This document shows, piece by piece, positions 1 to 11,588 of a stretch of DNA of 64,000 nucleotides (within the stretch, counting starts at the first letter, position 1; the number at the start of each line of letters is the position of its first letter). Source of the stretch: Camelus ferus (Eukaryota); assembly GCF_009834535.1 (NCBI RefSeq), contig NC_045696.1, positions 42,410,001 through 42,474,000 of the forward strand, given 5' to 3'. The position numbers and the translations under genes were made by a program. The notes beneath the pieces are model-generated. The model had not been told where the DNA came from, ran no database searches, and was given only the letters and a program-made list of their open reading frames with translations.

Positions 1-29
1 ATTATTTTTTTTTGTTTTTTGAAAGATAT

Positions 30-968
30 TAAGAAAATGTGAATGGGATAATACTTGTAATATATTTATATTTATATGACAAAGGACTTTTATCTAGGCT
101 ATAACTAACACTTGCTACTTGATAGTGAATTCGTAAACAACCCAACAGAATTTGGCAAAATATTTGAACATACACCTCCCAAAATTGATACATAAATGGC
201 CAATAAACATATAAAAAGATGCTAAGCATAATTAGTTTCCAGGATAATGAAAATTAAAACCACAATGAGCTATAAATATATATTTCCTGCATTAATAAGA
301 GGATTTTTTTAATGTGTTGGCAAAGATTTAGAGCAATTGGAAATTGCACTTACTGCTTGTGGGAGAATAAAAATGTATTATTTTGGAAAATATTTTGTAG
401 ATTCTTGTAAAATGAAGCACACACTTAACATATGACCCCCAAATCCCATTTCTAGGTATTTAACCAAGATAGAAGAAAACATTTTCATACAATGATCTGC
501 ATAAAAGTAATTATGGCAGCTTGAATTATAATAGCCCCAAACCAAAACACCCAAATGTCAACAGGTAAATGGCTAAACAAATCAAGGCCTGTTACACAAC
601 TGAATAGTACTCAACAACAAAAAGAACAAAGTAATGATACAAGCAATAGCATAAATGAATGTCAAAAAGTCATACTGAGTAAAAGAATTTAGACAGAAAA
701 GAATATATACTATATAATTCCATTTATATTAAATTCTAGAAGAGACAAAACTAATTTGTACTGACAACAGATCAGTGCTTTCCGGGGCCATGGGGTTGAC
801 TTCCAAGGGTTAATAGCAAATGATTTGGGGTGATTGAGATGTTCTGTATCTTCATTATGAGTATGGTGGTTACCTGAGTGTGCACGTTTGTCAAAATTCA
901 TTATCAATACAATTAAAATCAGTGAATGTTATATTTAAATTTTACTTTAGTAAAATTGATGAAAAATA
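30..968 (+). mobile_element. Old L1 (L1M-type) 3' fragment: ORF2 end and 3'UTR
   Basis: Diverged L1 3' motifs in order: 'aaatggccaataaacatataaaaagatgct', 'catatgacccccaaatcccatttctaggtattt', 'ataattccatttatattaaattctagaagagacaaaactaat', 'gttctgtatcttcatt...tttgtcaaaattcat'. Confidence 0.85.
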
Positions 969-1289
969 AGGTCAAATGTTTCATCTTTGACAGAAGGAAC
1001 TTACAAAAACTTCATTTTGATTTCATAATTTGGATGAAATTATTAAACCATTATTGAAATTAATTGATTTACTGCCTGTAGCTTATGGGTAACACTAATA
1101 TATAACTGGCATTTACAAAGTTTTACAGTTCATGGGGCCAGGTCACTAACAGCTATCATTTCACATTTCATAGGTCTACAAAAATAAGTAAAATTAATTT
1201 ATATGCATAATCTTTTGATTTTTATGAAAAGCTATGCTTGATAGAGTGGTAAGGATGTACAGGTTCAAGTATTGTCTTTGAGTGATTCG

Positions 1290-2048
1290 AGGGATCAGGG
1301 AGTCCTAGAGCAGCCAGTCTGCTTGGTGGTTGGGCCATGTCTTGACCCAGATAGCTGCCTGGCCTTGGGTGTCCAGGACTGGTGCTAACTGGCTGGTATT
1401 TGGGACTGGAATTCAGCACCAGTAAGCTAGAGTGAGGATTCCAAAATGGTGCTTACCAGCACCAGTGTCCTCATGGTGGGGTGAACTCCCCAAAATGACT
1501 GCTGCTTGCTGTCTCCCGAGTGATTTTCAATTGCCTCTTGCCTTTCCTGGAGGCTCTCCAAGATCAGCAAGTGGGTCTGACCCAGGGTCCTTTAAAATGA
1601 CTACTTCTGCCATGGGTCTCAGAATGTGTGAGATTTTGTGTACACCCTTTAAGAACAGAGTTTCTATTTCCCACAGCCCTTTGGTTCTCCAGAAAGTAAG
1701 CTCTGCTGAAACTTCACAGACAAACATTTTGGGGGCTTGTCTTCTTGGTGTGGGACTCTTGAACTGGGGAGGCCAGTGTGGGGTTGGACTTCTCACTCCT
1801 TGGGGAGAACATCTGCCATTTTAATTATCCTTCTCTTTGTGGGTTGCCTACCCATAGTGTGGGTCTTTAACACATCTGTCCCTCCAACCCAACTCATTGT
1901 GGTTCCTTTATATCTTTAGCTGTAGAAGATTTTTTTTGCTAGTCTTCAGGTCACTTTCAAGGATAGCTGCCCTGTAAATAGTTGCAATTTTGGTGTTCCC
2001 ATGGGATGAGGTGAGCTCAGGGTCTTCCTACTCTGCTATATGGTCAGT
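1290..2048 (-). mobile_element. L1 5'UTR fragment (cetartiodactyl/L1M2-type 5' end)
   Basis: Ends in 'gaggtgagctcagggtcttcctactctgctatatggtc', the reverse complement of the typical L1 start 'ggccaagatggcggagtaggaagaccctgagctcacctc'. Internal motif 'ggaggctctccaagatcagcaagtgggtctgacccagg' is also present. Confidence 0.8.
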
Positions 2049-2054
2049 CCTCCA

Positions 2055-2240
2055 GGCGTGCTCTAGAGGTGTATGTCAAGTGCACTTGCATAGTGCCCTG
2101 CTCTCGGAAGGGCCCATGCTTGTAAAAATTCTGCTGTTGCCCTCTTGAAATTTTTAATAATTTTATCTTTGAGATTTTATTTTGTAAGTGAGATCTGAGG
2201 GGATAATGAAGCATGTGCATGAGCAGAAGTATAATAAATA
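2055..2240 (+). mobile_element. hAT-Tip100 DNA transposon fragment (MER91/Zaphod-like)
   Basis: 'gaagggcccatgcttg...ctgctgttgccctcttgaaatttttaataattttatctttgag...ttgtaagtgag...gcatgtgcatgagcaga' matches the recalled MER91/Zaphod consensus. Confidence 0.65.
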
Positions 2241-2559
2241 ACAAAACAAAATTGAAGAAAATAAAGGCAGTGCATTTCTAAATGTGGTAGAAAATCCTGA
2301 TATGGTTTTCTTCATAATCATGACTGGTAGCAGCCTTTTTTCTTCATAGACTGAGGCATAATTCAAAGGGTATTTTTAAATTCTGATACTGCTGGTTTTC
2401 CCAGATTCTTGTGTCCTAACTGTTTTGGGGGTTTCTAATAATGGCTATTCTAAGGTTTGTAAAGCAATGTTTCACCTGTTTTATACCACCCATAATTCCT
2501 TCTTTAAAAGGATTGCCATGTTGGAAACAAACAGGCCACTTTTTCAGAGAAGGATATTT

Positions 2560-2960
2560 GTCTGTTTCTAGACATTTTTAAATTGAAATTGAGGATTTAA
2601 ATTATAAAAGCAGCACACATTTATTGTAAAAAAGAATACGGAAATATATGAAACATAAAAATTGAAAAGTCATATTCTCACCCCTTTCTACCCCATAATT
2701 CTGCTTCGTAGAGGGAACCACAATTAATGGTTCAGTATCTGTCCTGTGTGGGTGTCTCATCTTGTCCCATAACTGGATTTTGTACTCTCAAGAACATAAT
2801 GTAACTATCCTTCTATGTCATATATATTAACTTGAGAGTAAAAATTAATACTGTATTTTAATGGATATATCTCAAATTTTAAAATCAATCCCAAATTGTT
2901 TATTTCTACATCTTCAAACTAGAAATAACCTGCAATGAACAGATTTTTAACATTTATCAT
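2560..2960 (-). mobile_element. Ancient L1 (L1ME-like) 3' fragment
   Basis: Weak similarity to the reversed L1ME 3' end: 'atttattgtaaaaaa...gaaaagtc...agagggaaccacaattaatgg', 'aataacctgcaatgaac'. Confidence 0.4.
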
Positions 2961-3939
2961 TTTAATAAAATTTAAGGACATAAAATAACATGAAGGATAT
3001 AAGAACCTCAAATGGATACTTTCTTGAATTATTAGATATATTATGACAACCATCCGCCCTACTTATGAATCCTATCAAGAACAGCATCTCTCTTACCTAC
3101 TAGTTGAGAATTACTGCTTTAGGTTAATCACAGGATCTGAAAAAAAAACTGCTGCATTGTTCTTAATACTAAGGATGATAGTGATGATGATAATCATGAG
3201 TTTACTTTGTTGCAAATGCATGTCATTGAAAGCTGGCCCCTTCTTCCTCCTTTCTTGAATTAGTGCCTCAGGACAGAAGATCAGAAACTCCCCTGCAGAG
3301 CTGCCTTAACAATATTCAATGCTGCAGTGGGAAAAACTTAGTTCTCTATGCCTAAGGCTTCGCCAGTTTTACTTAGAAGTGAGATCATAAGGATTGCAGC
3401 CAGAAAGGTGTTCTTCCTTATGACTCCTGTACAGCTTCAGATTCTGTGAACGTCGAAGCTCTCATTAAGATTGCTGTTGTGATATTTGCCTAGAAGGAGA
3501 GGACTGACAGTTATTTTGATCAACAAGAATTGACAGTTCTTATTTTGGCTTTTGCAATGGTGTTGCTTTAACATTCAGTATGGTATCTTTCAGGTGCTAC
3601 CTGCAGAAACTCAATTTTAGACAAGTCTATCCATCGACCCTGACTTTGCATTTCCTTTGACCATTGCCCTACCTCTGTCTTCCTATCCTGGACTAAAACA
3701 TTATCTCTAGCCTAACTTTGTAGCAAGGGGTCCCAGAAGACTTTTGTTCTGTGTGGGCACTTGGTATGCTTTTTCTGACATAAGTGTGAAATCTCAGTAA
3801 CTTTGCAAGTTTCCCTCCCTCCCCTACATATCAATGTTGATTCCAATTGTGCTGAGGAATTCTATCTTCTTTCTGTCACTTCTTTCCAATTTTTTTAGTC
3901 TCTCTAGAATCTGTCTTTACTCTTTGAACTTTTAATTGG

Positions 3940-4572
3940 CATCAAATGAAACAAAACCAGACTTAGATAAGGAGAGACTTTATTGCAAGAGGGAGGAAAG
4001 AGACCACTGCAATAGGAAAAGGGAGACTATTACAACAGGGAGAATGCTTGGGCCATAAGCTCAGCAAGCATCTCAAAGAAAAGGGCTTTGCTTTTAGAGG
4101 AAGGAGTAAACAAGGCTAGAAAGAACAAGGTTGGGGGAATGGGATGAGTGAGAGTGGCTGTGAAAAATTAGGAGATCAGAGAATGTTTTACCCTGATGTT
4201 AGTATATTCTCGGGAAGGGCCGTTATGAAGGGGTTCTGTGCTGGCTCAGGTGAGGGTGAATCAAAAGCCAGTGGCTTGAGAATGGAAATTTAACCAATAT
4301 TTGGTTAACAAGCATTTTGTTCTGAATTATCAGTGGGGAATGTAACAGTAAGCTAATCATTTATGAGATAAAGAATGGGAATTTGAAGGATCTGTGTCTT
4401 TCTTGCCTTATTATAGGTAGACAAGTGGGCATGTGTGAGTCTGATCTAAGCCATATGGGGAAGGGTGTTCCTTTGCAATAAGACACTTTCTGAGACACTA
4501 AAGGTGAAGGAATTTCTTTAACTGATGCTGTTTCCCAGGATCACAGGGTTTAGGTAAAATTCAGCATTGTCA
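3940..4572 (-). mobile_element. ERV1-class solo LTR (MER67/MER89/MER90-like)
   Basis: Starts 'aaacaaaaccagacttagataaggagagactttattgca' (tttatt is AATAAA on the minus strand) and ends 'ggtaaaattcagcattgtca'; about 630 bp. Confidence 0.65.
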
Positions 4573-4899
4573 TCAGTTGTTCTCATTTCTTTGTTCCTAG
4601 TCTGACTTTTTAGAAATGTGTTTTCTGATTCCCTCATGTCTGAACTTTAGATCCACTGGGCTTGTCTTTACCTCTCTCAGCTCTTGTCTTACATAATCTT
4701 TCTCCTTTAAAATTATTATTGCTACTATTTAAAAATAATTTTAACTTATAAAAGTAAGCAAAAAATGTCAGAAAGTACAGAAGTCAATAATAAGAATAAT
4801 ACTTTAAGTCATATCTCTAAATAGGTACCCATCTCCAAATCAAACCCTATTTGTATAAGAATATGGAAGAATAAAACTAAAAACATGATAAATTATTTC

Positions 4900-5300
4900 A
4901 TATTATTGTTCTGTGATGTTAAATATTTTCATTAAAACGAACAAACATGCATTTAGTTGGCTCTCTGACCCCACGGCTAACTCCAGATAAAGGCCCGTCT
5001 GTATCCAGGTGCTCCTGTGAGCAGGCCTCTCTCCACGTTTAGGCTCTACTTCCCTTTGCATTGGCTCCTTTTTACCAAAGGATGAAAAAGTTGGCAACTA
5101 GCAGTTTAAACCTGCAGTCCATGTGATGAAAAACCACATATTTTTCTCCAGTTAAATCCTCAGCTTTGATCTTATTGTCCCCAGCTGAGCCATGGTTTGA
5201 CCCCTGAACCAAATACTGTTAATCTGACTGTCCAGGTTACTACCTCCACCAAGACGTCAATGGGTGGCTCTCCGAGTGACAATTGAGAGCAAAGAAGTGG
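4900..5300 (-). mobile_element. Old MaLR LTR (MLT1J/K/L-like)
   Basis: 'ctctacttccctttgcattggctcc', 'ggcaactagcagtt', 'cagctgagccatggtttgacccctgaaccaaatactg' resemble the reversed MLT1J-L consensus. Confidence 0.55.
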
Positions 5301-5379
5301 GACTGGGAAGGGCAGGGTGATATCCTTTACATATATATATGATTAAGTGAAAGTTTTAAATACATGCCTTTTGTTTGGA

Positions 5380-7360
5380 AAATAAGTAAGTTTTATATAA
5401 AAATACAATACAGCCACATGATGATATGAGCAATATTTAAGGAGTTATAGTGAAAAGTGACCCTGCTTATTTACTTCCTTACTTTGAATCCACTATTCAG
5501 AGACATTTTTACTCTTTCGCTTATTTGCTGTTACTCCCATACCTTTATTAATATGCTAATAAAAGCATTTCTTTATTTATCAATCTAAATAGTGCCTTTT
5601 AATTCCGAGCACTACATAGTCCTCTGTCCTGCTCATATGATGTACTGCTACTTTTTGTGAAATTGATAAACAGTATATATTATTATGATTATATAAACAT
5701 TTTAGCTGAAAATATACTATTATAGTATTTCTTTTCCTGTGTGGTTTTTGTTTTTTGCAGAAGCTTATAATCACCTTTTTTTAATCTTACAGTCTTTGCC
5801 TTTTTTCATGGGCTCACTATGAAGCCTATGTTTTTCAGATCCTCATTATATCTGGTAGTGTTTCAGTGTCAATCATATTTTCTTATGATCCTTAAGTCCT
5901 CTCCTGCCCTCTTCCAGTCTGCACCATTGAACTCTATGTGCTGCACAACTGCCAGTCAGGCAGTCCTATAATCTGTCTTTTTCTAAGTTAGATCCACTCT
6001 TTCCTTATCTTTTTTGGTTTATTTTTACATTTTGCAGAAGATACACTTCAAGTAACTTCATAGAAAAAAGTTGGATGGGAGGTATATTTTTTGAGTGTGA
6101 AACTATTTTCATTCTACTCTTTTATATAATTAATAGTTTGAGTAGACATACAGGGCTAGGTTACAAAGCATTCTTCCTTACGACTTTGAAGGCGTTGTTT
6201 CAAAGCGATGGCTTGGCAACATTCAGTACTGCTGTTGAAAACAGTGCCCTTGTTTTCTTGTTGATTCTTTGTTGATGGTTTGTTTTTCCTCTGGATTCCT
6301 TTAAAATCTTCTCTTTATACTTGGTAGTCTAATAGTTCACTTACATTTACTGCACTTTTGTTCATTTTCACCCATTTGCAGGTCCCTTGATAGATCGTTT
6401 GGTTCTAAATAATGTTTCTGTAATAACTTCCTCTGTCTCTTTTTAAAAAAATCTTCTTTCCTTGTTGTTTATATATTAGGTTTCCTGGTTAATCCTTTAT
6501 GTCTCTAATCAGAAAAGATATCTCATAGTTCCTTTTCTTATTGTTTGACTTCAGGGAGATTTTTTTCAACTTTATTGTCACTTTATTTATGAATTTATAA
6601 TTTAGGTGATGATAGTTTTTATTTCCAAACAATGGTATAACCTTTTCATAATACTCATGTTTATCTTGTCTGTCTGAAAATATTATTAAAAACTTATATA
6701 TGTATTTTGTTTAATTTTGTTCCCTGAATTAAATTTTTTTTCCTTATTGGTTTATTTCAGTCTCTTTTTCTTTTTTTATAAAGCAGTTTTTCCTCAAAAG
6801 CTTGGTAACTTTTGATTGTTCATATTTACAAATGAAAAAATAAAAAGTTGATATTGGCCCACTGTAGTGGATTAGATTTTCCACTGGTTGTGTCGTTTCA
6901 GAGGACTGAGTGGCAAGCTGGCTGCTATGCTATGGGACTCTGCACCTGAAAAGGATGTTTCTGGAGTGTTTCAATTTCTTTTGGTTCTTTGCCTAGAAGA
7001 AGTTTAGCTGGTGAGTTTTGACCATTAGCTGTCAGGTCAACATTTACGGTCTCTCAATTTATCTCTCCACTTTTAGCCTCAGTTCTTACCTTTGCCTTCC
7101 TAAGTACATGACATCTCTGAGTGGCAAGCCTCATGGAATTCTGCAGGGGAAGTGGTTTTCCCTCACCTGTGTGCCTGTCAGTGAGCACATCACACCATAC
7201 TTTCCTTGCCCTCTTCCTCCACCTACTCCTCATGTTCTCTATTGATGCTCCTTCCCTAGCCCCATCCTCTTAATTAATATTTATACCTTTTTAATTCCTG
7301 TACCTTCATTTACTGGGGTCTTGGGAAAGAAAGAAGATAATGGTGGTCAATCTTGAATCA
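5380..7360 (-). mobile_element. HAL1-like (ORF1-only L1 derivative) degenerate copy
   Basis: Reversed L1 ORF1-type motifs ('taatagtttgagtagacatacagggctaggttacaaagc...actttgaaggcgttgtttc...ctgctgttgaaaac') are joined to a HAL1-like 3' end, with no ORF2 between them. Confidence 0.6.
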
Positions 7361-7822
7361 GATGTATGCTATTGTAATTCTAAAGATGAAATTTTTAGTT
7401 TTTCAAAGCTTTGCCCTTGGGTATCAACAATCTACCTGATCTAGTTGAAAAGCTGGATCATCACAATGTTCTTTAAGTATAGCCATTCAGGAATTTACAA
7501 GCAAAAATTTGCAAATGAAAGTTACTATCTATTTGTTTTATTTTAAATATATATAAAAAATCCACCCTTTATATTTAACATTGATATCATTTGACACCCT
7601 GGTGAACATTCCCCAAATTTATACATTCTGAAACCTGAGACATTTTGTTGCTCACATTCTCATTAAGATGTTCTTATTATGTAGGAGGCACTGTACTGCG
7701 TGTGAGATATCTTCAACTGAGTGAGTCTTTTTATTGTACTCTTTAAGTTATGTGATTTGGACATGTTGTTCAACATGTTTTAGTTTCAGTTTCCTGGAAA
7801 GTTTAGATTAAAAAAGTGATTT

Positions 7823-8004
7823 AAAATTTTTTTTATTGAGGTGTAGTTGATACACAATGTTAGTTTCAAGTGTATAGTAAAGTAGTTCAGTTATACATAA
7901 ACAAACACATATATATTTTCAGATTCTTTTCCATTATATGTTATTACAAGAGATTGAGTAGGTTCTTGTCTGTTTATCTATTTTATATATAAATTAGGGA
8001 TTGG
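7823..8004 (-). mobile_element. Short 5'-truncated lineage-specific L1 3' end with 18-bp TSD
   Basis: Body reads 'ttttattgaggtgtagttgatacacaatgttagtttcaagtgtatagtaaag'. TSD agattaaaaaagtgattt (7805-7822) / agattaaaaaagtcattt (8005-8022). Confidence 0.9.
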
Positions 8005-8221
8005 AGATTAAAAAAGTCATTTTTAAAGTCCTTTTATCACCAGAATTTCATATTTCTCTGATCATAAGTAAGAGGATATTTAGCCTGCATTCTACAGGTA
8101 AGTCATTTGTGAAGAATCATGCCAATGTATGGCACACAGGGGATGTTCAGTAAATTTTTTCTGAAAATTTGTTTCTGAAAAATTGTTTCAAAAAAAACAA
8201 TTTGAATTGGAATTGATATTC

Positions 8222-9900
8222 ACTTACTCAATCAATGAATGAACAAGTATTTACAAATGCTTCCTAGTGCCAGGCACAGCTCTAGTTTGGGGATGAAGCA
8301 GTGAGTGACTAGACAGAGCATGAGGGTCCCCCCTCAAGCAGCATACATTCTAGTTGGAAAAGATGGATAATAAAAACTAAGGAAACATATATTCAAAATA
8401 ATTGTGTTAGGTGCTGTAAGAAGAGGAAATAAGTTAAGAAGCCTTGGTGGATGGTTGTGCTATTTGAGATGGAAGGCTCAGAAGGGCATTTCTTATGAGG
8501 TAAGATCTGAGCTCAACCTGAAGGAAGACAGGGAACCCACTAAAAGTGGAGCTGAGAGAGAATGTTCCAGGTAGTGGAAGTAGTTAGTGCAGCAGTAGTG
8601 AGGCAGGAACATTTAGAGTGCTGAGAAACTGAATGGAGTCTTCTGAGGTCTAGTGACTGAAGAGATTGAAATGGTAGGCAGGAGACCAGAGTATGAGACT
8701 CTTCTAAACCAAAGTAAGGATTCTTAGATTTTACTCTAGATTTAAAGTGACTCGTGAGAAGACTTTAAAACTATGCAATGCTATGAACTGATTTATACCT
8801 AGAGAAATTACATCCTTCTATCTACTGTATCAAGAATGGACCTGACCCCACTAATTATATTACAACTTACTCTTACCTGGCATTTTCCACTGCCTTGGTT
8901 TGCTTACTTTTTTTCCTTAGTACTCATCACCGTTGAATATACTATATATATTTACCTTTTGCTGATTGTGTGCTGTTCCCACTAGAATGCAAGTTCTATA
9001 AGAATGGGATTTTTGTTATTTTTGTATCTTCAGCAGATGGAAAAGTTCCTCATACATAGTATATTTTAATGAATATTGTTGAATTAGTCAGTGTATTTTT
9101 GTTGGGGGGAGAGATAGGGCTTAAGTAGAGCAGTAAGATCAGATTACACTAAGAATCTATGTGGGATATTTACAGTGTTTTAGAGAAGAGTGGTAAGAGT
9201 GGAGATGGAAAGATGTGGAAGAATTCAAACCTTAATTTGAAGATATACTCAATGGTAGTTACTCCTGGGTTGAATATGGGAAGAGGGGACATATGAGGAC
9301 TTAAGAGTGTCTTCCTAGAGTTTTATCTAGCAACTGCATATGATTATGTATTATTTTCTAAAATGGGGAAGTTAAGGGGAGAAGCATGTTTTGAGGAAGA
9401 AGTTAGTGGGAATGAAGTCAGTCCAATATCAGGTGGAAATGTCCAGTGCACAATTGGTTATATATCTGGTACTCAGGTGAGAGGTCTTTGGAAGGCATAA
9501 ATTTGGTAGTCATCAGTATAAAGTTGGCACATAAAGCTACAGATGTTGATGAGATTACATAGGATAAGGTATGGACTGAGAAAGGCAGAAGGCTCTGGAC
9601 CAAGAAATGAGTCATTAATATTTGGTGGTGAGGCCATGAAAGGAGATGCTGAAAGATGCTTGGATATAATGAGACTGGGCAGAGCTATGTCATGGAAGGA
9701 GGGCAAGGAAGGTAAGCCAAGAAAGGCATAAACAGCTTTGTCGAATACACCTGCAAGGCAATGAGATGAAGACGTAGAAGTATCCATTGGTTCATGATAA
9801 GTGCAAGAGTGAATCATATTGCTTGGAATGAAAACCAGATTAGAATCAGAAATGAGGAAGAAAACAACTGTCACTGTGGATAGGAGCAAGAAATATAATA
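8222..9900 (-). mobile_element. L2 LINE long fragment, interrupted at about 8846-9090
   Basis: L2 3' end 'tcaatcaatgaatgaacaagtatttacaaatgcttcctagtgccaggcacag', followed by the purine-rich L2 body 'aatttggtagtcatcagtataaagttggcac' and 'gaagtatccattgg'. Confidence 0.85.
8846..9090 (+). mobile_element. L2a 3' end nested in opposite orientation
   Basis: 'ttccttagtactcatcacc...ttcccactagaatgcaagttctataagaatgggatttttg...aatattgttgaat'. Confidence 0.8.
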
Positions 9901-10189
9901 ATAAGTAAAAGAGATATATTAATTCAAATAGGAGAGGGACTATCATGAAGGTAAATTGTTCAGCTGATAGTGGATGATGGGGAAGGTGCTATGTGGGCAT
10001 AAAATAATTGTTTTGAGGAGATGATGTTTTCATGCGTCCCAGTAGTTATAGCTATTTAACTACATTATTTTTCAAGGTATCTTCAGCTTTAATGGCTACA
10101 GTATCAAAAGGGTGACTTGTCTCCACTGGCAAAATGAACTGAGGTAATTATCTGAATCTCAGGCCCTGTGGTTTACTGTCACGATGGAG

Positions 10190-10330
10190 CTTTGCCTAGA
10201 ATCTGAGCTCTTCTTGGTACTTGCCACGTGACTTTTTGAGCCTGTGTTTATTCATCTACTCTATGCAAACAATAATACTCACTACTCAGGGTTTGTTGTG
10301 GACATGAAGTAAGATAATGTCTGTGCGGAT
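10190..10330 (+). mobile_element. MIR SINE
   Basis: Core 'tgagcctgtgtttattcatct...aataatactcactactcagggtttgttgtggacatgaagtaagataatg'. Confidence 0.7.
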
Positions 10331-10721
10331 TGACTTATTTATAACTGTATTGAAAGGTACAATGAACATTTGCTGAAATATGCATGATACTAATCCATTG
10401 GTCATAGTGCAGCTATTATTTTAAGTGCTAAAACTGTGCTAGATAATAAATGCCTTAAAGGAAGGAATTACATTTTACCTATCTTTCCTCAGTACTTAGC
10501 AGTGAACTTAGCTCAGAGCTGGTGCTCAGTGTATATGTCTGTAGAATTAAATTATTTAAAGAGGAGAAAAACAAAGCAACTTCCTGCAAATTGTAGAGTA
10601 ATACAGAATTAAGTATGACTGCATGTTTCTGGCTTTGTGGTTCTACCCTTGGTACAGTGGGATGTGGAATGATTTCCTTATAAAGGGTCCATTTGGCACT
10701 TGAGTTAAAAGAGCTATTTAG

Positions 10722-11150
10722 ACAGATGAATGGATAAATAAGACATACATATATACATACACACAATGGACTACTACTCAGACATAAAAAAACAGTGAAA
10801 TTTTGCCATTTGCAGTAACATGGGTTGACTTGGAGGGCATTATGCTAAGTGAAATAAGTCAGACAGAGAAAGACAAATACTATATGATATCATTATATGT
10901 GGTATCTAAAAAATACAACAAAGTAGTGAATATAACAAAAGAGAAGCAGACACAGATATGGGAACAAACTAGTGGTTACCAGTGCAGGGCAAAGGGACGA
11001 CATAGAGGTGAGGGAGCAAGAGGCACAAACTATTGGATGTAAGACTGGGCTCAGGGATGTGCTGTACAACACGGGGAACATAGCCAATATTTTGTAATAC
11101 CTGTAAATGGAAAGTAACCTTTAAAATTAAAAGCAAAAAAAAAAAAAAAA
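10722..11150 (+). mobile_element. 5'-truncated L1 3' end with poly(A) tail and degenerate TSD
   Basis: Encodes the L1 ORF2p C-terminal remnant PFAVTWVDLEGIMLSEISQTEKDKYYMISL. A-tail at 11135-11151. TSD aaaagagctatttag (10707-10721, after TT) / aaaaaagctgcttag (11146-11160). Confidence 0.92.
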
Positions 11151-11526
11151 AGCTGCTTAGGAACACCCACATACAGCTATCTTTCATATCTGCCTGAAGT
11201 CATACTGACTGTGTTTCAGCTTCTAATTTCTTTAACTGTTTTATTATTATTCGTCTGTGACTACATGGAATAAATTTTTGTAACTTTATTTATAATCATG
11301 TTTTGGTATCAACAGTTTCATTTCCATCCTGAAAGTTTGTTTAAAAAGCTTTTGGGTTTGATTCCTACGTGTTTTAGTCCTTTGTCACATGTTCTAAATG
11401 AGTGCACTGTGTTCATGAGGATTTCTTAAAGCCTAAACATTAAAACAATCATGAGGTTGTAGGAAACATGACCTGAAAAAGTACTTCTCATTGCCTCAAC
11501 TTTTTGGAGTTAGGACTGAAAAAGAT

Positions 11527-11588
11527 TTAAGATTTTGGTCTAGGTGTATGTCTTAAAAATCTTAAGATTTTGGTCTAGGTGTATGTCT
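11527..11588. repeat. 27-bp perfect direct duplication with 8-bp spacer
   Basis: ttaagattttggtctaggtgtatgtct at 11527-11553 and 11562-11588. Confidence 0.95.

Noticed and set aside
1432..1824. 130-aa ORF and overlapping ORFs
   Set aside because: They lie within an L1 5'UTR fragment, with no recognisable protein or splice context.
8095..8103. Perfect donor CAG|GTAAGT, and similar isolated donors at about 19487, 25825 and 29436
   Set aside because: No convincing paired acceptor with a recognisable open frame; consensus donors occur often by chance.
9473..9946. Longest ORF in the track (157 aa, minus)
   Set aside because: It falls in a degenerate L2 body; at most a decayed L2 remnant, not a host gene.
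10803..11042. ORF with a real protein-like motif
   Set aside because: It is the C-terminal remnant of L1 ORF2p in a 5'-truncated insertion, so it is not reported as a CDS.
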